A stretch of 64,000 nt of DNA from Octopus sinensis (Eukaryota), in the NCBI RefSeq assembly GCF_006345805.1, contig NC_043018.1:17236001-17300000 (forward strand). Direction: 5' to 3'. The notes below the pieces were generated by a model, which worked only from the letters and a program-made list of their open reading frames with translations, had not been told where the DNA came from and ran no database searches. Of the stretch, positions 1 through 11,205 are shown in pieces. The position numbers and the translations under genes are program-made. Every line of letters begins with the position of its first letter. Positions within the stretch are counted from its first letter, which is position 1.

Positions 1-1
1 C

Positions 2-612
2 CACGATATCTCTAAAAGAATCAGATGGAAATCTTTCTTCTTTGAAAAACGCTATGGCACAGACGAAATAAATACGGATACCAGCAATGAACTTTCAGAT
101 ATTAGAAAGAGTTTTAAATCTAGACGTACCCCTCATGCTAATAGGATAATAGAATATTTTGAAGGCAATTTTGGAGATTACTACACAATATTATGTTTAC
201 GAAAAATATCCCAAAGAACAATCACCTACGATTCTTGTGTAATATGGTCAACCAGCTTCGACTAGCAGAAGATATTATTGTCCAGTCAGATAAAACAGGA
301 AATCTGTATAATTTTGATATTGACTAATACAAGAAACGTCTACATAGAGCGATAACTAGCAAATATAAAGTCATCAGCGAAGTTGTTCTTAACAACGACT
401 TAATAGCTAAGAAGATAGTGAGTGATTACAAAGTCGATGACGTCACTGAAATATGCTAACCTTCTAGACCCAGGATTACCCTGAAGGAGCATAAACTAAA
501 TGTTCATTCAGATACGAAAGTGCGAAACGATGGGAAACTTAGTAAACTTTTGGATAAATACCTTAATAAATACTTTAAATTCAGGATAAATACCATAATG
601 TCCTTAAATCAA
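2..612 (+). mobile_element. Degenerate Penelope-like element RT fragment (Naiad/Chlamys-like N-terminal RT region), truncated by the window edge
   Basis: Manual translation across frameshifts and stops gives HDISKRIRWKSFFF...FKSRRTP, IIVQSDKTGNLYNFDID*YKKRLHRAITSKYK, PRITLKEHKLN...KVR and GKLSKLLDK..LNQ. These match my recollection of the KRxRWK, ADKTxNLY and ITLKDHK..CRLINP motifs of this PLE group. Confidence 0.6.
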
Positions 613-665
613 GTTATATTCCACACTCTCAAACACACTGGAAACTATAAGATGGTTGCATTGCT

Positions 666-706
<41 letters not shown>

Positions 707-742
707 TCTACGCACACACACATATATATACATATATATATT
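666..742. repeat. Compound microsatellite (CT)n(CA)n(TA)n
   Basis: Directly visible. Confidence 0.95.
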
Positions 743-929
743 AAAAGACTGAACGTAGTAAAATTAGAGCAACATTTCTTTTCTAGATTGAAGATTCCTT
801 GATATAATAATTGCTCAAAGTGGGGAACTCGAACTCACCTACCTACCCATCAGGCATGGGATACATTTTTTATATGAAAATCATATTTTATGAGGGATTC
901 CTTAACGACGGAGTAAACTAATATATAAA

Positions 930-1127
930 GTTAATCCAAACATGAAAACACAAAGAGAAAACACAACAACGCGAGGACGTGGAACAAGTAGAGTATTATA
1001 GGACGCTCTGGAAGGAAGGGAAGAAGGAGGGTTTAACGTTTCGAGCGGAGCTCTTCGTCAGAAACATAAGAAAAAAAAAGATCCAGATATGGGAAGAAGG
1101 AGGGAAAAAATCGCCAACGGTACACAC
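930..1127 (-). mobile_element. Short non-autonomous PLE-end-like repeat (family H1) carrying a minimal hammerhead motif
   Basis: Homologous to 23095-23253 (+) and 55628-55811 (-). The minus strand at 1031-1065 reads GTTT-CTGACGA-A-GAGC-TCC-GCTC-GAAAC-GT-T-AAAC. Confidence 0.75.
1031..1065 (-). ncRNA. Minimal type I hammerhead ribozyme motif
   Basis: Canonical CUGACGA and GAAA cores, 4-bp stem II (GAGC/GCUC), 4-bp stem I (GUUU/AAAC), palindromic ACGU stem III, GUU cleavage triplet. Confidence 0.65.
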
Positions 1128-1762
1128 CAATATAAACTAATATAATATATAATATAATATAATATAAATTAATATATACTTTGATTATCTTTGCGATGAT
1201 ATTTGAAGTGTTACCAATAAAATATTGGAGATATTAGATATCGAAACAAAATATAAAACCGAAATGTATTAGGGGTGTTAGCATATTTTTCGAAAACAGG
1301 ATATATAAACAATGAGAACTAGCAAGGGCTATTCTTTAAAGAATTATATGGTAGTAGGAAACATAAAGGAGAATATCCAAATAAGGAATTGCGATTTAAG
1401 TAATTGATTATTTCGGCAAATATGGCTAATGTAATTTTGATGTATGGACGGTTTTCTATGATTCTGAAAATTTGAAATGTGAAGCCTCTGGATATCGGAG
1501 TGTTGGACGCGTCAAAGGTTAAAATATCTGACGCAATAATGTAATGTAATAGATGCGTTGTGATTCAAGGGGTTATGTTCCCTAGATGATGCTAGGCATG
1601 TGTGTGTGTGTAAAGGGGAGGGGGCTACCGAAAGTATTTTATCATACAGTGAAAGTGAAAAATGTTTGTACGTTCGTGGAAGCTTGACAGAGTTTATATA
1701 TATATAAATAAATAAATATATATATTTTAATTATAGAATAAACTAAATTCAGCAAGTAATTT

Positions 1763-1803
<41 letters not shown>

Positions 1804-1904
1804 TATACGTGCATATATACACAGAATTTCGAAACACACATACACTCACAAGCTTTCTTGAAAATAGCAGGCAGCCCAGCAAGCTGAAGGAGGGAATTAT
1901 TTGA

Positions 1905-2192
1905 CCAATCCACAATAGGAGAAGCGGAAGAGATTCCAAAAACCATAGGCCTATTTCTGTGACTTCACACATTAGCAAAGTCAGGTAAGGGATATTCAGA
2001 GGAAACCTAATCGCATTCCTTGAAGAAAGTAACTTGCTGAATGATACCCATCGTGGCTTTCGACCACATACTCGCTGCCTCAGTCATCTCTTACAGCATA
2101 ATGACTGGGTGTTGAGACAACAACTGTGGACGTAATATTCCTTGATTGTGCAAAAGCATTTGACAAAGTGGATCGTGGTATGATACACCACA
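1905..2192 (+). mobile_element. CR1/L2-clade LINE reverse transcriptase fragment (degenerate)
   Basis: Translates to PIH..KNHRPISVTSHISK...AFLEESNLLNDTHRGFRPH.RCLSHLLQH...VDVIFLDCAKAFDKVDRG, matching the RT motifs YRPISLTS, QHGFR and LDFAKAFDKV. Confidence 0.85.
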
Positions 2193-3502
2193 ACTATTTC
2201 TAACTATTTCTGTTAAATGCATTGTGCTTATATGATTCCCTGTAAATTAATTAGATATATATTGATAGTCCAAGCCCTAAAGAATTTAGTTATGCAACAG
2301 CTACCTCTTGGTGTCTATATTTGCAAATATTTCCACTTCCCACAGCTTCCGATAAAATATAGCGGTCAGCGTCAGTTGCCTCCCTTTGACTTAACATAGT
2401 TTCCAAAATATACTACTGAACGCAAAAAGCCTGTCGCTGAACATGAATAGTGCTTAGGGCACCAGATTTCCTTATTGGATGCCAATACTACTCATCCGTG
2501 ATAAAAGAAGATGATAGCTTAATGTTACAAACAGGCGACCATGATTTGTATAAATGCGACATTGAACAAATTATATCCTCTTTCTGTTCTTTTCTCCTTT
2601 TTCTTTGTTGATTTGCTTGAAATATCTTTAAAATTTGTATATATTGTAACATATATGTAACTTGTGATAATTTACACATTTAAATTGTGTCTATTATAAG
2701 CAACACGCCGAAAACATTTTCACTTTATTCATTTTAAGCATTAGATGTTACCATCTTACACATATGCATGCTTTTGAACTGATGTATTCACATCCATTCA
2801 TGTTCACAGACAAACGTGTACATGTGGGCGTGTGTTTGAGAAAGCGAGAGACACACATATAGACGAGCACACAGGGAGAGGCGAAATTACAGAAAGAGAC
2901 GTCAGGGATAGTAACAATTTGAAAGAGAGAGTCAAAGCTACTGAAAAAGATTTCCATTCATAAATATTTGATTTGTAAATAAGCTTTAGAGGACTGTGTT
3001 TGCAAATGCGGACACACATACGTGTGTACCAACCTTTATCAATTTTATTTCAGTATAGGCAAGAAAGCAATGTAGATGTAGCATTTGATGATTTGTGCTC
3101 GGTGGGATAACTGTGGACGTACGTGCCTTCGTGTCCTTCAAACAACACAAAATAATAAAGAGAGGAAAAACTCCTTACAAATCAGCATTTTCGATGTTAC
3201 ACACACATAACACCCACTTGTCACATATTTAGGCGTGAAAGAAATTAAAATTATTCTTTGCAGAAAAAAGTTCAAAGAATAAAGAAAAAAAAAAAAAATA
3301 TTTTAGAGTTAGTGTGTTAAGAGTCACAGGGCACAAACACGTGCATCGGAAATCATAGCAGTGCGGTAAACACGCCGCATGTGGACAGTAGAACTGGCGG
3401 AGATAAAGTGTCCAAGCGCAAACCAACCAAGAATAACCCGTTCGTAATAGTGACAAACAATCCTCTCGGTACCGGAAGAGGAAAAGCAGACTTCTGAAAA
3501 GA

Positions 3503-3756
3503 TTCTTTTATTCTTTTATTTGTTTCAGTCATTTAACTGCGGTCATGCTGCAGCACCGCCTTTAGTCGAACAAATCCCGGAACTTATTATTTGTAAGCCT
3601 AGTACTTATTCTATAGGGTCTCTTATCCGAACCGCAAAGTTACATGGATGTAAACACACCAGCATCTGTTGTCAAGCAATGTGGGGGACAAACACAGACG
3701 CACAAAAACACACACACACACACATACATACATACATATATATATATATATATTAT

Positions 3757-3809
<53 letters not shown>

Positions 3810-3961
3810 CTATATATATATGACAGACTTCTTTCAGTTTCCGTCTACCAAATCCACTCACAAAGCTTTGGTCGGCCCGAGGTTATACTACGAAAAAAAC
3901 TTGCCCAAGGTGCCGAGCAGTAGGACTGAACCCGGAACCATGTGGTTGGTAAGCAAGCTAA
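3503..3961 (-). mobile_element. tRNA-derived composite SINE (family A) with expanded internal (TA)/(CA) microsatellite
   Basis: Homologous to 25868-26290 and 28147-28560. B-box-like GGTTCAGTCC; 3' tail AAGGCGGTGCTGCAGCATGACCGCAG..ACTGAAAC(AAATAAAAG)n. Confidence 0.85.
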
Positions 3962-4769
3962 ATGTATATATATATATACTTGCAAGAAGAAAATATTCTG
4001 TGAAGGTGACACGGTTTTTGTTCTAGAAATAGAAAAAGCAGTGCCTTTACTTGCCCACTTTATTCTATCCAAATAGAAGCTGACTCCAATAATTCATGAT
4101 TTTGGGATGAGTAGACTGGGTTTTATATACTCGATGATGGCATAAATACATTTTTAATCGACACCGAATTGCGATGTTGAACTTCACAGTGAGAGAAACC
4201 AGGATATGCAATTAAATAATGCTAGACATTTTATTGAATATTTGAAAGAAATCTTCCAACACTGTCGAGGATGTCGATGGCGACCAGGAGAATAAGAAAT
4301 ATAGCAACAAATATATATGAACAGGGGTGGATGGAAATGCGGATTTCATAGTTATTTCATTGGAGACACGTACTACCGTCCATTTTATTCGGAAAGTAAA
4401 ATTGCATTTGACGTAAGGTTGAGGTAATTTCATTCTAATAAACATCTTACAGACTCTGTCACTCTTAGCTTTCATCACAGACTAAGTCCATAAAACTAAA
4501 TCTTGTTATTATGCAACCTATATATCGATGGAAATAAACGATCACCTATATTCGCAAACATGAATTCATATGAGGATATTCACGCACACACATTATGTAT
4601 GTGTGTGTCTGTGTGTGTGGGAGTGCGCATGTGTATGTGTGTTTTAGTGTGCGTTTACGTCTGTGTTTACAGTAATATTTTCAAATATATATATAATGCA
4701 TGTATGAATGTGGTTACATACAAACATAAAAACGTATGTGTCTATATAAATATAAATATATATTTTTAC

Positions 4770-4855
4770 ATATATAGATATGTATATATACATACATATA
4801 TATATATATACATATATATATATACATATATATATTTATATACACATATATATAC

Positions 4856-4929
<74 letters not shown>

Positions 4930-5164
4930 TGTATATATACGTATTTATCTCTCAATATATTTCTCCCTTTATATATCTATCTATCTCATTATATGAATAT
5001 ACAACTACATCATACCGCCATTAAAATTACAGTGACTGTCACCGCCATTACTAAAATTCTACTTTTCTCTACAATTTTCCGAGATTTTTCTCTCGCGTTC
5101 AACCATTAGTTTGGTCACCCTTTTACCTATATTATGCATCCTTATAAGTGAATATCAATCCACG

Positions 5165-5215
<51 letters not shown>

Positions 5216-5332
5216 CGCATCTGGTTTACATATATATGCATACAGACATACATACACTAACACTGATACCACATACAAGCACATACATACACACACATAT
5301 ACATACATACAACACACAGACACCCACACACA

Positions 5333-5386
<54 letters not shown>

Positions 5387-5392
5387 GCTACT
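4770..5392. repeat. (TA)n and (CA)n microsatellite blocks
   Basis: Directly visible at about 4770-4940 and 5165-5392. Confidence 0.9.
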
Positions 5393-5437
5393 ACACATTC
5401 TCTATTTTCTCACCTTATTTCTTTCTGTGTTATACTA

Positions 5438-5503
5438 TATTAGTATAACACTCGGGAAGTGAAAAAGTCTTTAACGTTTCGAGCCTACGCCCTTCCACAG
5501 AAA
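5438..5503 (-). mobile_element. Short PLE-end-like repeat (family H2) with variant hammerhead core CUGUGGA
   Basis: The minus strand reads TTT-CTGTGGA-A-GGGC-GTAG-GCTC-GAAACGT-T-AAAG. Homologous to 55335-55510. Confidence 0.65.
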
Positions 5504-5877
5504 TCTGTTTGTTAAGTGCACCACCTATCTCCGTCTTTTTTTTCTGTGAATTCTCTCTGTCCCTCTCTCTCTCTATATATATACGTACATTGTGTAACAT
5601 TGAATAGTTTATATTTTCGAACAAGACCTAATGCCGCCATCTCTAGCCTAGCGATTATTTTGCTGATGAAAAGAAATAATTGAGAAACCATTGGTACACA
5701 GTTACTGCAACGATAGCCAGCTGGAGAATATATTTGCCTGGGGCAAAATAGCAGCAACATTCGTTCTAACCACGATTGTCACGTTACCTTGGTAAAGTGA
5801 GTTTAGTCTCACTCACTCACCCCCTCGCTCCCTCACTGTTTCTCTCTCTCTCTACATATATATATATATATATATGT

Positions 5878-6297
5878 GAGTGTTAGACGGAGAGCTGATT
5901 CAGGAAGTGGATGAGTCTGTGTCCTTGGGATCCACAATCAGCGCCAGTGGATCAAGTACACCAGTGACACGGAGAAGGCTCGCGATAGCGAGGCAAGCGG
6001 TACAAGATATGGAGAATATCTGGAAGAGTCGTGGCGTGTCAAAGCTGCTGAAGATAAGGCTACTTCGGGTTGCCGCTTTCTCTATTGTGACGTACGGCTG
6101 CGAGTCGTGGACAATGTTGAAGGCAGACGAGAAAAGATTGAGCGCTTTTGAAATGTAGTGTCACCGCAGAATCCTTAGAGTGTCGTGGACAGAGAGAAGG
6201 ACGAACAACTGGCGACTAGAAAAGCACGGTTTCGAGATGACGCCTCGGCGAGACATCATGAAGCGGAAGCTACACTTCTTTGGCCGTGTCATGCGTA
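5878..6297 (+). mobile_element. RTE-clade LINE fragment (C-terminal RT/thumb region)
   Basis: LGSTISASGSS...RRRLAIARQA..MENIWKSRGVSKLLKIRLL...SIVTYGCESWTMLKADEKRLSAFEM*CHRRILRVSWTERRTN...RKLHFFGRVMR, with the typical RTE YGCESWT and RILRISW motifs. Confidence 0.9.
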
Positions 6298-6741
6298 CGT
6301 GTGTAGCAGTTGATGTGTACTTTTTCAGGCGTGTATATGTGTGTGTATGTTACCAAATAGTGTGCATGTGTATGGTTAACGCTTCTGGGCGAAAGTCATC
6401 TTTGCGTGTTGTGCGTGTGTATGCCTGTTGCATGTTTGTATATATATATAGTCTGTGTTCAGGTATTATGTGATTGTGTGGGTGTGGGAGTGTGAATGAT
6501 GGTGTGTGGTATATGTACTGCGTTGAAGAGTGTGTGTGGCTGCGCGAATAGTGGTATGTGTGGTGATGTTATTGAAGATTGTGTGTGGGTGGGTGCTGAG
6601 AATTGGTCGTTGCTAGTATGTGTGGAGATGGAAGGTGTTCTAGCTGTGTGTGTAATTTTGTGTGAAGGGAATGATGAGTTGAACAGTGGGTGTGGGTGTG
6701 CGTATAGTGGTGCGTGCATGGTGAGGGTACCGAGGTAGGCA

Positions 6742-6862
6742 CATCCTTTCGGGGTTCGATAAATCAAGTACCAGTTAAGCACTGGGGTCGATCTAATCGA
6801 CTTAATTCCTTTGTCTGTTTTTGTTTGTCCCCTCTATATTTAGCCCCTTGTGGGCAATAAAG
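6742..6862 (+). mobile_element. 3' half of Nin-domain tRNA-SINE (family B)
   Basis: CATCCTTTCGGGGTTCGATAAATCAAGTACCAG...TTTAGCCCCTTGTGGGCAATAAAG, homologous to the full copy at 53861-54090. Confidence 0.85.
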
Positions 6863-7959
6863 TATGTAGGTGTGTTGGTGGAGGGGACATTGAATGTGGG
6901 AGGTGTGTGGGAATCCGGGTGGGGCCCTTGTGCACAGAAAGTCTGAACACGGACAGATGTAGCGAATGACTGGCACAATGGAAGTTGTGAGAAAACGGGG
7001 TGTCATTGTCATATACATATATACATACACACACACGGACACACACACACATACTTGCATACATAGATGTATACATACATTCATGCGTACGTACATACAT
7101 ACATTCATATGTGCATACGTACGCCCATGATATATAGCCTAGAACTAGAGTGTCCTTCTCATATGTTTAGTACTGTTATGTAACCGGGGTCAATTTTGAT
7201 ATCCACTACTTTCTCACTTTCCAGCAATGAAAACCCCAATTACGTGATTTTCTATCCTATAAACCAGCTTTTATTAACATTAACATAGTCTTGTTTTTTC
7301 TTTATTATTTTTTCTTCAGATATCAGTAGATCAATAGAGAAGACATTTGCTGTTTATTTAATATTGTCTTTATGTACTGCATTCTCCTGGGGAGGACCGA
7401 TGAAATAACAATGACGAATGAAAGAATAATAAATGAAATTAAAAAATAACAAAACGAAATTGAAGAAAATGATTTCTGCGAGGAAGAATTTACTGCAAAC
7501 AAGCAGAGACAACTTCAAATATAGAGTGATGCATCCATTCACGTTTGGAGACACATGCCTAGATTCTGTCCAACATAAAAACAAATATAGAGATACACAG
7601 ACAGGACTACACACGCATATACACACACACATATACATACGCTCACATCTCTTATTGTACTGGAACGTCAAAATAAGAACTGAAATAAACTGAACTCTTA
7701 TAAGGCCTCACTGCGTTTTAACTAAGAATGTGAACAGATTATAGCTTTGCAAATCGTGGGCACAAGAAGGAAAGATGGAATTTGCGGGTGAAGCGTTTCA
7801 TGGCTTCGTGACTGTTTCTCAAAGATAAACAACAAATATCCAGCTACCAATATCCAGTCTCTAATTCTATACTACAAGTCAAACGCTTGGTAAGTACCCA
7901 TAAAATAGAGTACCGTCATATTTGAGGCTCGAATGAAGCTACAAGGTATTAAACAGGCG

Positions 7960-8100
7960 CTCAACTATGAGTCCATTGAATCTTATAGGAGAAAAATTGT
8001 AAGCTAATGGAGGTCATAGCATAAGCTCTTATGCCTTTGTCGTCTCATTTTCTCATAACCACTTTGTACTCGACTAACGCTTCGTTCTGAAACATACGTA
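7960..8100 (+). repeat. Ancient unclassified dispersed repeat, copy 1
   Basis: Aligns colinearly by eye with 20065-20215 (AACTATGAGTnCATTGAAT..TTATAG.AGAAA...CATAA...CCTTTGTC...TGTACT...CTnACG.TTCGTTCT.AA.CAT). Confidence 0.55.
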
Positions 8101-9806
8101 TATATTGAGTTCTACAACTGGTTATTGATATCGCAATGCCTATAGGAGAGGGTGCTGAAGCGCTCCTGGGTTTGTGTAAAATAAAATACAGGAGGATCAG
8201 TTAATTATGGTCTTACTCAACATATCCCCCTCTCAGACTGAGACACTAATTGCAGCTGTCATTTAACTTTTGTAAGTCCTCTAAAATAACTGGGAATTTT
8301 GGGCCATCAAACGGGCCTTTCGCCATACCCTAACAGCCAGGAAATTATATACATATATTATTTATATATTATGTATAGTATTAATTATATGTTATACATA
8401 CATACGTGTCTGTGTGTTTGTAATTGTGTGTGTGTGTTCGATCGATGCAAATACAAAGAGAAGGGAGAAAGAGAATAACGATATGGAAAAGTCAGAGACA
8501 CTCTTTGTGCCATACGACGTAATAATTTGGAATTTAAAGTCACATCTTCCAAGAAAGAACCAATATTACAAACGACATTGACTCGGGAAATTACGCCACA
8601 CGCACCTTGCAAAGACATATGAAATACCACGTCTCTGACCCTGGTTTGTTGATGAATTTGTGGACCCAAATTCAACGCTACACTATCATGCGTAACTCTT
8701 CTCCAGATACTGGAAGTAAACGGACAATTTTCACAGAATTATCAGTGATTGCCATCGTTCCTATTAACGTATAAACGTTGCTACGTATCGCATTAATATA
8801 TCATTAATATATCCATAAACTAATATCGATTTTTATGTAGAAATGTGTGTGGCGATAATTCGAGAGATTGATAAATTGTTTCAGGTATTCTCATGAAATT
8901 TAGATTTTATACTAGATACTAAAATATACACAGTCTCAGATTTATTTCGCTCTACAAAACCAGGACGAGGTAAAAATGATAATCCATGTGTTTAGTGTTC
9001 AGCACCAAATATTTGACATTTACCTATATTATTAGATATGTCGTGCAATGTTCACATGATCGAATTAGTGACTTCATCAATACTGCAAGCATACCTGTAG
9101 CAATATGCTCCCAATGTCGACAAAAAAGGCATTAAATCAGCAGCTGAAGATGATCTAGAGAAATTCAAAATGAAAAATATAGAACGCATCCAGAAAAGAG
9201 ATAATTCAATCTCAGCAAGAAATTTATGGTCATTTAATAACCAGAAGGTCTGAATGAAAGACTAGCGGTTCTAGTGTTGAACAATTGGCAGAAATTACAA
9301 ATGGCCTGAAACAAATGCTCTAATTATACGACAGGTGAGGCAAAATTTCAACTGGAATTTTCACATGCGCCAGCTTAACGGCAGATTACATAGGTGAAGA
9401 TTTTGAGATCTCCTATATTCATGAATGACTCGACGCACAGCAGACCAGCATCAGTTAACCAACACTAAGGCAATACTGTTGTTACCAACACATAGAAATG
9501 GTTATATTTTGATAAAAGCAAAAAGAAAATAGATAAATAATCTAATGCATGAATATAGAAATAAAAAAATAAACTAAAGCATCAGCAAGACCAAAGTATA
9601 AACGTTTGCCTTTTTATAGAGAAAATAAGTCGCAGAATTAACAAATATCGAAGTCATAGAAAAGTGTATAAATAAAATCGCATAAATAAAATCAGAACAT
9701 GACAAAAACATGTAGTAGTTTATCGCCTTTGATGCGACAATGTAAGAGATAGTATTAGTTTCAACGAACGGGTATACTTCGTAATTCAGTATATAAATAT
9801 GTGTGC

Positions 9807-9854
<48 letters not shown>

Positions 9855-9900
9855 TATCATATAATATTATATTATATTATTATATTATATATATATATAT

Positions 9901-9934
<34 letters not shown>

Positions 9935-9944
9935 TCATAAGTCA

Positions 9945-10065
9945 CACTTCTTTCAGTTTCTCTCTACTAGATTCACTCACAAGGCTTTGGTCGGCCCGGA
10001 CTGCAGTAGCAAACTCTTGCCCAATGTGCAGTGTATTGGTGCTGACTCCTGAGCCCTGCCTACTG
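9945..10065 (-). mobile_element. Partial degenerate family A SINE (head region)
   Basis: CTTCTTTCAGTTTC..CTAC..ATTCACTCACAAGGCTTTGGTCGGCCCG. Confidence 0.7.
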
Positions 10066-10294
10066 CTATGTAGCCAAGAATCATTTTTCAATATAACATT
10101 AAACAAACGCGTAGCAAGCTTTCGGTGCTGAAGGATTTGTAATAGGAAGGATAAAACCTCACTTATAATTAGAGATTGTAACAGATGTAGAGGCGGACTT
10201 TCATCATTTAAGCACGCCTGTAATTGTCTATTGTGGTTGGACTTACTGATTCTATGAATATGTACACACACAAACGCACACAAATGCACAAACA

Positions 10295-10376
<82 letters not shown>

Positions 10377-10497
10377 TAATATATATATATATATTTATAT
10401 GTGGATGTGTGTGGATGTAAATATTTATATATGTAAATACGTCTATGTATATATATTTATATATATATATATATATGTGTGTGTGGTGTGTGTGTGT

Positions 10498-10535
<38 letters not shown>

Positions 10536-11012
10536 GTATATTCATTGATTTTGGCACTCTTTTCTTGCAAATTGAAATGGAATAGCAGAGTTAGGGTATT
10601 TTAAACATTGAAATCCAATTAATTATATCCATCTTCTTTGTTGCTTGACAGCTCTAACACTAACCATTCAGACAGCCTTCAGCATCTTTAATCCTATATT
10701 GAAGTAATTACATCTATTCTTTGAAAAACCATCCTTTTTCCATACGGTATTTCCACCTACAGACCATATATTAATCACATTTTCGCCTGCAATAATAAAA
10801 ACGAGCACAAACTTAATAATAAAGGTGGTCGGATTTAGAAATAAACAAGGAACAAAACAGAAACAAAATTATATTTTCGGAAAAATTCTTAAATATCGAA
10901 TAAATCGTCGTACTTGAATCTACAATCATCTTCAAACAACCTTCGTTCGGTTTTGGTACATATGTACACACACACATACACATACACACACACATATGTG
11001 TGTATATGTGTT

Positions 11013-11050
<38 letters not shown>

Positions 11051-11114
11051 ATATATTTATGTACTCGTACGTACATATGCATATATATGTATACATGTAT
11101 ATATATATATATAT

Positions 11115-11173
<59 letters not shown>

Positions 11174-11205
11174 TATAGATAGATAGATAGATAGATAGAC
11201 AGATA
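11115..11205. repeat. (GATA)n tetranucleotide array within a larger TA/TG block
   Basis: Directly visible. Confidence 0.95.

Noticed and set aside
2-612. Selenocysteine recoding in the Naiad-like fragment
   Set aside because: The in-frame stops I found are TAA, not TGA, and the copy is frameshifted
788-830. TGAAGATTCC...GGGGAACTC as a hammerhead remnant
   Set aside because: The core and stems are too degenerate to support
2488-2620. Possible terminal exon on the minus strand (KSTKKKEKRTERGYNLFNVAFIQIMVACL*)
   Set aside because: Short, no homology recognised, no supporting upstream exon
4503-5448. Many ORFs rich in [14 protein letters not shown] here and throughout the window
   Set aside because: They are translations of (TA)n, (CA)n and (TACA)n microsatellites, which lack stop codons
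6300-6740. TG-rich ORFs of 80-107 aa
   Set aside because: Decayed TG low-complexity sequence with no recognisable domain
9101-9250. Open frame QYAPNVDKKGIKSAAEDDLEKFKMKNIERIQKR... after a TAG acceptor
   Set aside because: Weak donor (GTCTGA), no recognisable family, and the length is within chance expectation
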